A DNA stretch of 32,000 nt from NCBI GenBank assembly GCA_030167145.1, contig CP126532.1:3570001-3602000 (forward strand), given 5' to 3'. Source of the DNA: Ktedonobacterales bacterium (GTDB lineage Bacteria; Chloroflexota; Ktedonobacteria; Ktedonobacterales; JADMIN01). The notes under the pieces are model-generated. The model saw nothing but the letters and a program-made list of their open reading frames with translations. It searched no databases and had not been told where the DNA came from. Of this stretch, positions 1 through 8,157 are shown in pieces. Numbering within the stretch: position 1 is the first letter of the stretch; each line of letters opens with the position of its first letter. The position numbers and the translations under genes are program-made.

Positions 1-76
1 ATAGTGCAATACTATGTCAAGGCGCATGGTATCGCCTACGCTTCGTTCGCCTATGGGATGTCAGGAGGTGGCTTCG

Positions 77-1456
77 ATGACGCAGCATACCAGAACCGTA
101 GAGTCGCGCCCCGCTGCTGAGGCCGTGCCGCACGACGCCAACCAGGCCGTCGCCATCACCCGCTCGCTGCTGCGCGACCTCTTCGGCCCACCGGAGCAAC
201 GCGACTTCGCCGTGCGCCTGTGGGATGGTTCGCGCGAGACGCCGCCCGAACGCGCGCCGCGCTATACCATCGCGCTCAACCGGCCAGGGGCGCTACGTCG
301 CATTTTTCTGCCACCCTCGGAACTGGCGCTTGGCGAAGCGTATCTGGATGGCGACTTTGATATCGAAGGCGAGATCGAAGCCGCGGTTGGTCTGGCGAAC
401 GTCGTCTCCGCGCGGCTCGGCTCGCCGCTCGGATACGCGGCCCTCATCCCACGGCTGCGCGCCCTGCCGGTGGACGATGCGCCAGCGGGCGCAACGGCTG
501 GCAGCGCACCACGCGGGCGCGCGGCGCTGGCAGGCTTTGGCGCGCGCCACACCCGGCGGCGCGACGCGGCGGCGATTCGCTATCACTACGATGTCGGCAA
601 CGACTTCTACGCACTGTGGCTCGATCAGCGGATGGTCTATTCCTGCGCGTATTTTCCCACTGGCGCAGAAGATCTCGATACGGCTCAGGAAGCCAAGCTA
701 GAGCATATTTGCCGCAAGTTGCGGCTGCGTCCCGGCGAGCGCCTGCTCGACATCGGCTGTGGCTGGGGTGGGCTGGTGCGCTATGCCGCCGAACGCTATG
801 GCGTGGAGGCGCTGGGGGTGACGCTCAGCGAGCCGCAGGCCGCGCTGGCCCGCGAGCGCATCGCGGCGGCTGGACTCACGGATCGTTGCCGGGTAGAGGT
901 GCGTGACTACCGCGACCTGCCGCGCAACCGCCCGTTCGATAAGATTGTCAGCGTCGGCATGTTCGAGCATGTGGGCCGCTCGCACCTGTATACCTACTTC
1001 AACACAGCGTACCATCTGCTGCGCCCCGGCGGCCTTTTCCTCAACCACGGCATTGCCGAAGGCCCAGCCCAGCGCGGGATGAGCCTGCCGCTGCGCCTGC
1101 TCTGGCGTCCCGGCAGCTTTGTCGCGACGTATGTCTTCCCTGATGGCGAGCTGATCCCACCGGGTGAGGCGCTGCGCTACGCCGAGATGGTGGGTTTCGA
1201 GACGCGCGACGTGGAGAATCTCCGCGAGCATTACACACTGACGCTGCGCCAGTGGGTGCGCCGACTCGAAGCCCACCGCGAAGAAGCCGTGCGTATCGCT
1301 GGCGAGCGCACGTACCGCGTGTGGCGACTCTACATGGCGGGCGCGGCGCAGAGCTTCGCCACCGGCGGCAACAGCCTGATTCAGGCGCTCTTCACCAAGC
1401 TACATGGCGACGGCACGATCGAGCTGCCGCCCACCCGTGCCGATCTCTACGCATAG
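77..1456 (+). CDS. cfa: Cyclopropane-fatty-acyl-phospholipid synthase family SAM-dependent methyltransferase
   Basis: The ORF contains the family signature YHYDVGNDFYALWLDQRMVYSCAYF and the SAM-binding motif LLDIGCGWGG. I prefer the ATG at 77 (MTQHTRT) because AGGAGG at 63-68 lies 8 nt upstream. The track ORF opens at 14. Confidence 0.9.
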   Translation: MTQHTRTVESRPAAEAVPHDANQAVAITRSLLRDLFGPPEQRDFAVRLWDGSRETPPERAPRYTIALNRPGALRRIFLPPSELALGEAYLDGDFDIEGEIEAAVGLANVVSARLGSPLGYAALIPRLRALPVDDAPAGATAGSAPRGRAALAGFGARHTRRRDAAAIRYHYDVGNDFYALWLDQRMVYSCAYFPTGAEDLDTAQEAKLEHICRKLRLRPGERLLDIGCGWGGLVRYAAERYGVEALGVTLSEPQAALARERIAAAGLTDRCRVEVRDYRDLPRNRPFDKIVSVGMFEHVGRSHLYTYFNTAYHLLRPGGLFLNHGIAEGPAQRGMSLPLRLLWRPGSFVATYVFPDGELIPPGEALRYAEMVGFETRDVENLREHYTLTLRQWVRRLEAHREEAVRIAGERTYRVWRLYMAGAAQSFATGGNSLIQALFTKLHGDGTIELPPTRADLYA

Positions 1457-1479
1457 CGCGAACGTAGCGCGAACGCATG

Positions 1480-1869
1480 CTATGGCGTGACGGTGATCGT
1501 CGCCTGCATCGAAGGATGGATGGTGCAGGTGATGTTATAGGTGCCTGCGTTGGGGAAGACAATCTGTTTCGTGTCACCGGGGCTGAAGTTGACGCCGCTG
1601 GATGCGGCGAACTCTGTGGGCGCGCCGGTCGCGGCGGCGAACTGGCCGTTCGTGCCGGTGACGAGATTGTGCGTGCCGCCCCCGCCGTCCGTATCGGCGA
1701 AGGTCACGGCCTGCCCGGCTTTGACGGTGATGCTGGTGTTGCCGGTGAAGCTGCTGCCCGCCATGGTGATGGTGCTGGAGTTGCCGCCACCGCTGGTGGT
1801 GGTTGTGCCGCCGCATGCCGCAAGCAACAACACCGCGATCAATGGCAGCGCGAGCGCGAGTTTCCGCAT
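1480..1869 (-). CDS. Cupredoxin (type-1 blue copper) lipoprotein
   Basis: Starting from the internal ATG at 1867-1869 gives MRKLALALPLIAVLLLAACGG, a signal peptide with lipobox LAAC. Type-1 copper ligand pattern: His in GGTHNL, then C-T-I-H-P-S-M near the C-terminus. The upstream part of the 173-aa track ORF looks non-coding. Confidence 0.85.
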   Translation of the reverse strand: MRKLALALPLIAVLLLAACGGTTTTSGGGNSSTITMAGSSFTGNTSITVKAGQAVTFADTDGGGGTHNLVTGTNGQFAAATGAPTEFAASSGVNFSPGDTKQIVFPNAGTYNITCTIHPSMQATITVTP

Positions 1870-2035
1870 GGTATGTGCCGTCCCTTTCGTGCATAGCTTG
1901 TCACCCAGCAGCGCAGGCGTCCATTGGGATGAGCCGCGGCATTCCTGCCGAGAACTCCCATTTCTGCCGGGCGACAAGACTCTGTAGGTATATCTGCACA
2001 TACGGGGCCAGTTACACCGAGTGAGCGGATATTAG

Positions 2036-3055
2036 CTATAGACGCACGAGCGAGGCGTCTATGCTGGCGATGGTGGGGCGTCCGGCGAGGACCATCGCCA
2101 GTTCTAACTCGTCGCGCAGCAGTTCCAGCACGTGGCGCGCGCCGTCCGGGCCGTTCACGGCGAGACCCCAGAGAATGGGCCGCCCGATGAGCACAGCACG
2201 CGCGCCCAGCGCCAGCGCCTTCATCACGTCTATGCCACGGCGCACGCCGCCATCCAGGTAGAGTTCGCAGCGCCCGGCGATGGCCTCGGCAATGGCGGGC
2301 AGCGCCTCGATGGTGGCAGGCACGGTGTCGAGTTGGCGCGCGCCATGATTCGAGACGATGATGCCGTCCGCGCCGTGCGCCAGCGCGAGCAGCGCATCTT
2401 GGGGAGTGAGGATGCCCTTGAGCAGCAGCGGCAGCGACGTGAGCGAGCGGAGCCAGTCCATGTCGCGCCACGAGAGCGCCGCCGGTTCGAGATCAATGTC
2501 GCCGACGTTGGGCGTGCCCATGCCCGGAAGTAAGTCGAAGTCGTGGCCGATGCTGCGATCTTTGCGGCCCCAGCGCGGCGCATCCACAGTGACGGCGATG
2601 GCGCGATAGCCCGCGTCTTCGGCGCGGCGCACGAGACTTTCGGCGAGCGCACGCTGGTTGTCGTAGACGTAGAGTTGGAACCAGAGCGGCGCGGTGGCGA
2701 CAGCGGCGATCTCTTCGAGGGAGCGGGTGGCTTCGGTGGCAGCGACCATCAGCGTGCCCACGGCGCTGGCGGCTGACGCGGTGGCGCATTCACCGTCAGG
2801 GCAGGCTAACCCCTGGAAGGCGGTCGGCGCGACGAGGATTGGCATGCTCACCTCAGCGCCCAGCACGCGCGTCCGCAGGTCGGCGGCCTTCGCGCCCTGG
2901 AGCATACGCGGCAGCAGGCGAATACGGTCGAAGGCGTCGCGGTTGGCGCGCAGTGTCACCTCGTGACCCGCCCCGCCCGAATAGAAGAGCCAGGCCGGAC
3001 GGTCGAGCCGGGGTTCGGCCAGCGCCTCGTAGTCGAAGAGTGTGTGTGGCTCCAT
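2036..3055 (-). CDS. FMN-dependent alpha-hydroxy-acid dehydrogenase/oxidase (lactate/glycolate oxidase family)
   Basis: N-terminus LFDYEALAEPRLDRPAWLFYSGGAGHEVTLRANRDAFDRIRLLPRML and catalytic VSNHGARQLD are typical of the family. AAGGAG (reverse complement of 3063-3068) lies 7 nt before the ATG at 3055. The ATG at 3061 is too close to the RBS. Confidence 0.9.
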   Translation of the reverse strand: MEPHTLFDYEALAEPRLDRPAWLFYSGGAGHEVTLRANRDAFDRIRLLPRMLQGAKAADLRTRVLGAEVSMPILVAPTAFQGLACPDGECATASAASAVGTLMVAATEATRSLEEIAAVATAPLWFQLYVYDNQRALAESLVRRAEDAGYRAIAVTVDAPRWGRKDRSIGHDFDLLPGMGTPNVGDIDLEPAALSWRDMDWLRSLTSLPLLLKGILTPQDALLALAHGADGIIVSNHGARQLDTVPATIEALPAIAEAIAGRCELYLDGGVRRGIDVMKALALGARAVLIGRPILWGLAVNGPDGARHVLELLRDELELAMVLAGRPTIASIDASLVRL

Positions 3056-3168
3056 GGGCATCTCTCCTTGCGAACGGCACACGAAATGCCCACGAACGAC
3101 GCGGATTCGTGGGCAGCGAAGCACTCTATGGCATCATATGGCATCGCGCGATGGCGCGGCTATCTATG

Positions 3169-3309
3169 CTAGTGGCTGTGCGTCTCTTCGAGCGCGGCCT
3201 CAAGCTCTGGCTCGGTGGGAATCCGCAGGCTGCGAGCGTAGAATACAAAGACAGCGACGAAGAGAATCAGCCAGAACAAAACGACGACGGCAATCGGCAG
3301 TATCTCCAT
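3169..3309 (-). CDS. Small hydrophobic protein, 46 aa (MEILPIAVVVLFWLILFVAVFVFYARSLRIPTEPELEAALEETHSH), single predicted TM helix
   Basis: Hand-translated, and below the 60-aa cutoff of the ORF track. GGAGGAG (reverse complement of 3321-3327) lies 11 nt upstream of the ATG. It sits directly upstream of, and co-directional with, the FMN oxidase gene. Confidence 0.4.
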   Translation of the reverse strand: MEILPIAVVVLFWLILFVAVFVFYARSLRIPTEPELEAALEETHSH

Positions 3310-3393
3310 GCGGTTGTTAGCTCCTCCGTTGACACGGATGTGGGTGCGTCTGGGCGCGCGAGCGCATCACCAAATGATGCGAGCCATGCGCGC

Positions 3394-3434
3394 AAAAAAT
3401 ACCGCGAGGCGGATGCTCCGGCTGCTCGCGGTAT
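3394..3434 (-). terminator. Intrinsic terminator-like hairpin on the minus strand
   Basis: On the minus strand: ATACCGCGAG, a 16-nt loop (with inner CGGA/UCCG pairing), CTCGCGGTAT, then TTTTT. The stem is a perfect 10 bp (3399-3408 pairing with 3425-3434). The A-run at 3394-3398 on the plus strand is the U-tract on the minus strand. Confidence 0.55.
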
Positions 3435-3516
3435 CGCCTATCTACAGCCTACCACAGCTTTGCGATTCGCGCGAGATGCTACTACCTACGCGCGCATGGC
3501 CGTGGCGGCTCTGTAC

Positions 3517-3546
3517 ATAATACAATAAAGACAGGCGGAATGGCAA
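3517..3546 (-). promoter_or_regulatory. Sigma70-like promoter (TTGCCA-N18-TATTAT) reading toward lower coordinates
   Basis: The -35 TTGCCA is the reverse complement of 3541-3546. The -10 TATTAT is the reverse complement of 3517-3522. It lies in a locally AT-rich patch of a 395-bp divergent intergenic region. Confidence 0.4.
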
Positions 3547-3704
3547 ACCACTGCACCAATCGGGGGATGACATCGGCGTGATGACTCGTGCGATGCACTC
3601 AAGCGCTGCGCCGGACGCACGCACATCCTTTGCGCCGTCGCATACAATGCCGGTAGCAGATGCGCGAGAGCAGCCACAGACCGCAAATCAGGGAGTACGC
3701 ACGC

Positions 3705-4502
3705 ATGATACGCTTGTTGCTGGTTGAAGATCATACATCGGTGCGGCGGGCGTTGCGCGAGGGGTTGGAGGCGACCGGCGAGGTGCGCGTGATGCAGGAG
3801 GCGGCTACCGCACGCGAGGCCATCGCCGCTGTCGAAGCCAACGGCGCGGAGAGCAGCAGCCCCGATGTGGCGCTGATGGACGTGGAACTGCGCGACTCGG
3901 AGCTAGGCGCTGAGGCGCGCAGCGGTGTCGGCGCGGCGGTGGCGATCCGGCGCGAGCGTCCGCGTTTCCCTGTCGTCTTCTACTCGATTCAAGACGACGA
4001 CTCGTACTTCCGCGAGTTTCGCGCGGCGGGCATCCTCAGCCACTACGCCTATGTCCGCAAGAGCAACTATTTGCTGCCCTCGATGCTGGTCCCGCTGCTC
4101 AAAGACGCCATCGCCGGGCGCAGCTTCATTGACCCGGAGATCGAAGACCGCGTGGATGAGGTGCGTGAGCGCGACGCCACTTCGCCACGCGCGCTGCTGG
4201 AACCGAACGAGCTGCGTGTGGTGGAACTGGTGGCGCAGGGCATGACCAATGAGCAGATCGCCGCCCGCCTTGGGCTGCGCGACGCCCGCGCCGTCAGCCG
4301 CACCAACGGGCGCATCTATGACGCCTGGCGGCTGAGCGAGAGCACCACCGACGAGAAGGTCGCCCGCGCCCGCGCGACGCTGATTTACCTGCTCGACCGC
4401 CCGCTGATCTGGGATGAAGAGGGCCGCGCGCTGGTGCCCGACCGCAAGCAGGGCTGGGTGCCGCTCTACGACGACCCCGGCCCCAAAGGAACCCGCGAAT
4501 GA
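3705..4502 (+). CDS. NarL/LuxR-family response regulator (REC + LuxR-type HTH) with an insertion in REC and a C-terminal extension
   Basis: MIRLLLVEDH, the acceptor context DVALMDVEL, and the HTH NELRVVELVAQGMTNEQIAARLGL. The ATG at 3705 is preceded by GGGAG. The stop overlaps the kinase start (ATGA at 4499-4502). Confidence 0.9.
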   Translation: MIRLLLVEDHTSVRRALREGLEATGEVRVMQEAATAREAIAAVEANGAESSSPDVALMDVELRDSELGAEARSGVGAAVAIRRERPRFPVVFYSIQDDDSYFREFRAAGILSHYAYVRKSNYLLPSMLVPLLKDAIAGRSFIDPEIEDRVDEVRERDATSPRALLEPNELRVVELVAQGMTNEQIAARLGLRDARAVSRTNGRIYDAWRLSESTTDEKVARARATLIYLLDRPLIWDEEGRALVPDRKQGWVPLYDDPGPKGTRE

Positions 4503-6850
4503 GCGCCATCTTGCAGCCCGCGCTGGCCCAGATTGCCATTGCGCTCTCCGTCTTCAGCCTGATTACGTACCTGTGGTTGGGGATGACGGTGCTGCTGATT
4601 GGCAACCGCACGACCAAGGTCACCTGGGCCAGCGGCCTCGGCCTGCTGATGGCGTCGCTCTTTTTCCTTTGTCATGGCGCGCTGGTGGGGTCAGGCGTGC
4701 CGGTGGGGGCGTCATCTGCCGACTTCTGGTGGCATCTGCTCTGGGTGCCCAGTTTCGCTGCGCCGATTCTCTGGGCCGCGACCGGACTGCGCTATGCCTG
4801 GCTCACCGGCACGATGCGCCGCTGGCGCGTGCCCGCGCTGGTGATCGTCGGCACGTTCGGTGGCGTGACAGTGCTGCTGGCGCTGCTAAGCTGGCCCGCC
4901 ATCGGCCACTACGGCGACTTCATCCGCCTACTCGGCGCGTCGCTGCGGCTGCGCGGCTCACCGCAACCCCTGCCCGCCACCTCGCCGACGCTCCCCGCGC
5001 TGGGTCTCGCCTTCGTGATCTACATGGCGGGCTGCGCGGCGCTGCCCTGGGCCTCGCTGGCGGCACGCAGGCAGACGCCCACACCCGCGCCAAAGCCCGA
5101 AACGAGCCTGCCGAGCGCGGATGGCACTCAACTCTGGGATGCCGCCGACGCCTGGGGACGGGCGCGGCGGGCGCTGCTCGGCGCGTCACTATGTATGGTC
5201 GCGGCGGGCGCGGTGGCGGCGCTGGTGGGCCTCGCATCATCGCTGCACGAACGCGACGCGCTCATCACCGGACCATCTGATGGCTTCGGCATTCGCGTGC
5301 CCGCCAGCCCGCCGGGCCATGTGCCGCTGGCGCTGGTTGCGGCGGATCTGGTGGTGCAGGTGGCGCTGGCGGGACTGGGGTTGCTGCTCGGCTGGTCGGT
5401 TGTGCGCCAGGGTGTGCTGGTGGAGCGGCGGCTGCCGCAGCGTGGCTTCTTCCGTCAGTGGCGCGGCACCGCCTTCGTGGCGCTGGTGCTGGCTGTGGTT
5501 GTCGCGTGGATGGCCGCGATTGCCCCGGAGGCGCTGCCCTATCTGCTGGTGCTGGTTACGGTTGTCACCGTCACCTACGCGCTCTTCACCTGGCAATCCT
5601 ATGGTGAGCATGACCGGCTGCTGACGCAACTGCGCCCCTTCGTGGCGAGCCTCTCCGTGGAGCATGCCGGCTGGCTGGCGTCGGACCCGCGCGAGGTCGA
5701 ACGCAGTATTGAGGCACTCTTCACCAGCCTGTGCCGCGATGTGCTCGGCGCGGCCTGGGCGCGGCTCTCCTTCACGGCAGGGCGGTTACATCGCACGCTC
5801 TCGTATAAAGCGCCCGACCCACTCAGCGCGCACCGCCTGGATGCCCGCGAGTGGACACTGCCGGTGATTGACGAGCGCGGCGTGGTGGCGCGGCTGGTAT
5901 TGGGGCCGCGCGCCGATGGCGCGGGCTACACCTCGGCGGATTTGGAGATCGCGCGCGCCTGCGGCCAGCGCATTCTCGACGCGGTGGGCGAGTTCGCGGC
6001 GGCGCAGGCTATCGTCTCGCTGGCGCGGCGGCGCGGGCTGGAGGCGGAACTGAGCGCGGCGCTGCCCCGGCGGGTGTTGCATGACGACGTGCTACCTCGG
6101 CTGCACCTGGCCATGCTGCGATTGGAGGCGCTACGCAGCCGGGTCGCGCGGGCGGTGGGTGTCGCGGCGGGGCCATCCACGCGCGCGACGCCGCCAGAGG
6201 GCGAGGCCGACGCCGAGCAGCCAGACGCGGCGAGCGAATTAGGCGAGGTCGTGCGCGAGCTTGGCCGCGCGCACCACGATCTGGCGGCGCTGATGCGCGC
6301 CTCGCCCGCGGCCAATCCCCGTCGGATGGAGCATGGCCTGGCGGGCGCGCTGCATTCCTCGTTGGATGGCGAGTTCCGTGGCGCGTTCGATGCGATTGAT
6401 TGGCAGACGACCCCCGAAGCCACGGCGGCGGCGGATGCGCTGCCAGCGATCACGGCGGATCTGCTGTTGGGCGCGGCGCTCGAAGCTGTGCGGAACGCGG
6501 GACGCCACGGGCGCGGCGGCGACCTACATCGCGACCTGCGGCTGCGGGTGGGGCTGTCCGCTGATATGGGTACGGTGACGGTAACGGTCAGCGATGACGG
6601 TGTGGGCCTGCAAAGCGAGGCCGACCGCGACACGCGGGCGCAGCCAACTGCGATCAGCGCACCGGAGGCGCATACCAATGAATCGCTGGCCGCCATCTCA
6701 TCTTCTCGCAACGCCGCGCCCAATGGCGGCACGCGCACCGGCCTGCTCACCCACGGCGCGCTCATCAGTCTCGTGGGCGGCACGCTCACCGTGCGCAGCC
6801 AGCCCGGCGCGGGCACTACCGTCTCTGTACGTGTTCCCAGGGGGATGTAG
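4499..6850 (+). CDS. Polytopic membrane sensor histidine kinase (HisKA_3 / HATPase_c)
   Basis: About 9-10 hydrophobic segments fill the first ~370 aa. H-box LPRRVLHDDVLPRL, N-box LEAVRNAGRHG, G-boxes VSDDGVGL and GTRTGL...GGTLTVRSQPGAGTTVSVRVP. Translationally coupled to the upstream regulator. Confidence 0.9.
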   Translation: MSAILQPALAQIAIALSVFSLITYLWLGMTVLLIGNRTTKVTWASGLGLLMASLFFLCHGALVGSGVPVGASSADFWWHLLWVPSFAAPILWAATGLRYAWLTGTMRRWRVPALVIVGTFGGVTVLLALLSWPAIGHYGDFIRLLGASLRLRGSPQPLPATSPTLPALGLAFVIYMAGCAALPWASLAARRQTPTPAPKPETSLPSADGTQLWDAADAWGRARRALLGASLCMVAAGAVAALVGLASSLHERDALITGPSDGFGIRVPASPPGHVPLALVAADLVVQVALAGLGLLLGWSVVRQGVLVERRLPQRGFFRQWRGTAFVALVLAVVVAWMAAIAPEALPYLLVLVTVVTVTYALFTWQSYGEHDRLLTQLRPFVASLSVEHAGWLASDPREVERSIEALFTSLCRDVLGAAWARLSFTAGRLHRTLSYKAPDPLSAHRLDAREWTLPVIDERGVVARLVLGPRADGAGYTSADLEIARACGQRILDAVGEFAAAQAIVSLARRRGLEAELSAALPRRVLHDDVLPRLHLAMLRLEALRSRVARAVGVAAGPSTRATPPEGEADAEQPDAASELGEVVRELGRAHHDLAALMRASPAANPRRMEHGLAGALHSSLDGEFRGAFDAIDWQTTPEATAAADALPAITADLLLGAALEAVRNAGRHGRGGDLHRDLRLRVGLSADMGTVTVTVSDDGVGLQSEADRDTRAQPTAISAPEAHTNESLAAISSSRNAAPNGGTRTGLLTHGALISLVGGTLTVRSQPGAGTTVSVRVPRGM

Positions 6851-6874
6851 AGCAGATTCCCATTGCAACAAAGA

Positions 6875-6899
6875 GAGGGTACACGTGATGTGTACCCTC
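6875..6899. terminator. Perfect 10-bp hairpin between convergent genes (GAGGGTACAC-gtgat-GTGTACCCTC)
   Basis: Read directly from the sequence. On the minus strand it is followed by the U-rich UCUCUUUGUUG, so it most plausibly terminates the 6934-7176 gene. It may also stop kinase read-through. Confidence 0.5.
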
Positions 6900-6933
6900 G
6901 CACAAAAGCGCCTGCCTGCTGTATCCAAACATG

Positions 6934-7176
6934 CTACGCGGCCCGCTGCTCCGTGAGCCGTGCGCGCAACGCTTGCAGATCGCGCACATCGCTCCAGACC
7001 AGCGTTTGCTCATCCAGTGCGATGCCTGTCTGTGCGGCTAACGCGATCACCACCCGCGCCTCGCGTCCCCACGCGCCACAGCCGCTTGTTAGCGCCGTCA
7101 GGAATGCCGCCGTATAGGTTCGCTCAGCAGTTGGGGTCCGCGTGGTCAATTCAGCCGGTAACGTATGTGTGTTCAT
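6934..7176 (-). CDS. Hypothetical 80-aa protein
   Basis: The ORF has AAGGGAGAAGAC immediately upstream of the ATG at 7176. It is the last gene of the long minus-strand array and is followed by the hairpin at 6875-6899. I recognise no motif. Confidence 0.55.
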   Translation of the reverse strand: MNTHTLPAELTTRTPTAERTYTAAFLTALTSGCGAWGREARVVIALAAQTGIALDEQTLVWSDVRDLQALRARLTEQRAA

Positions 7177-7301
7177 GGTCTTCTCCCTTCCGCCCTCACA
7201 TCAGGGTTTCTGGGAAGTACAACACGCTCTGCGCCGCGAGAGTTGCATCAATTTGCCACGTTTCTCGCGCGTGGGGCAGCATACGTAAGCGCATAGGCGC
7301 A

Positions 7302-7910
7302 TCAGGTTTGCTTCACCTGGACCTGAATATCTACCCACCAGCTCCCTTGCGCGCTCACATCCAGATAGAGCTGTGTGCCCCCACTGAGCCAGCCCAGATT
7401 ATGCACGTAGGTCGAACCGCCGGTCGCGCCCGCGCGGCACTGCGCCTGGACCGGAACGGCGAGCGGCGCGCCGTATTGCGAGCGCAACACCACCGCGAGC
7501 GCAAACGAGCCGCCTACGCCACTCTGCGGTGTGCAGCCCCAATCCAGCTTGAAGAGGTTGGCGTCGGCGTTGCTGGGTAACGTGAAATTATCGCCGTTGG
7601 CGTTCGTTTTGCCGCTAAAGGTATAGAGTGTCTTCCAAACATACGCCGGGGATGTCGCGGTTGTGGCGACTCCATGGCTTCGCGTGCTGTGCGTGTTTGA
7701 GGTGGTTTCTTTATAGAGCAGCAGGAGCACGCTCTCCACGAGTACGACGACGACCAATGCCGCTACGAACCACGAGCGCAGGCGCTCCCACCACAAGCGC
7801 CAGGGAATCCATATGCCCGGCACGTCGGGTTGTGCGCGCATGCGCGAATCGGTGTCCAGGGCGCGCGGGAGGTCGCGCCAGCGGAAGCGGGGGCGTTGCG
7901 ATTCAGCCAC
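7302..7910 (-). CDS. Membrane-anchored hypothetical protein (N-terminal TM helix, Ser/Thr linker, C-terminal beta-rich domain)
   Basis: GTG start at 7908-7910 with AGAGGA 7 nt upstream. TM segment WFVAALVVVVLVESVLLLLY. The C-terminal ~120 aa show an alternating beta-strand pattern ending WWVDIQVQVKQT. Confidence 0.75.
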   Translation of the reverse strand: MAESQRPRFRWRDLPRALDTDSRMRAQPDVPGIWIPWRLWWERLRSWFVAALVVVVLVESVLLLLYKETTSNTHSTRSHGVATTATSPAYVWKTLYTFSGKTNANGDNFTLPSNADANLFKLDWGCTPQSGVGGSFALAVVLRSQYGAPLAVPVQAQCRAGATGGSTYVHNLGWLSGGTQLYLDVSAQGSWWVDIQVQVKQT

Positions 7911-8157
7911 GGGGAAATCCTCTGCTGTGCCTGCGCGGATCTACACCGAAGGTGGACCACCAGGGCTACTGAAGCAATCATTACCTCCCTCACTTCATAC
8001 GGCTGAACCGGGTGAAAACCGGAAAGGCACAGACATCCATGTTATTATCGCAGTGACGATAGACGCGAAAACGCCGCTCTCCCTGCCGTGTTCGCAGCGT
8101 GAGCGGCGCTAGTTTGGAATGCGCGGAACGCTACGTGTTTCGCGCGCAGTCAGTGTA

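Noticed and set aside
2839-3528. 229-aa plus-strand ORF spanning the oxidase 5' end and the intergenic region
   Set aside because: It overlaps the oxidase gene and the small membrane ORF in antisense and crosses a promoter/terminator region. It has no RBS and no motifs.
5926-6903. 325-aa minus-strand ORF. Similar long ORFs: 4414-5280 +, 8119-9039 +, 8171-8911 +, 11860-12750 +, 13547-14335 +, 14316-14999 +, 22287-23123 -, 22784-23776 +, 24033-25402 +, 29353-29979 -
   Set aside because: All overlap, in antisense or alternative frames, genes with strong motif support. Their compositions are dominated by Arg, Ala, Pro and Ser, as expected for out-of-frame GC-rich sequence.
7763-7993. 76-aa minus-strand ORF with GGGAGG close to an internal ATG, overlapping the 5' end of the 202-aa membrane protein gene
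   Set aside because: RBS-to-ATG spacing is only 2-3 nt. The frame overlaps a better-supported gene, and the product is Arg/Ala/Cys-rich with no features.
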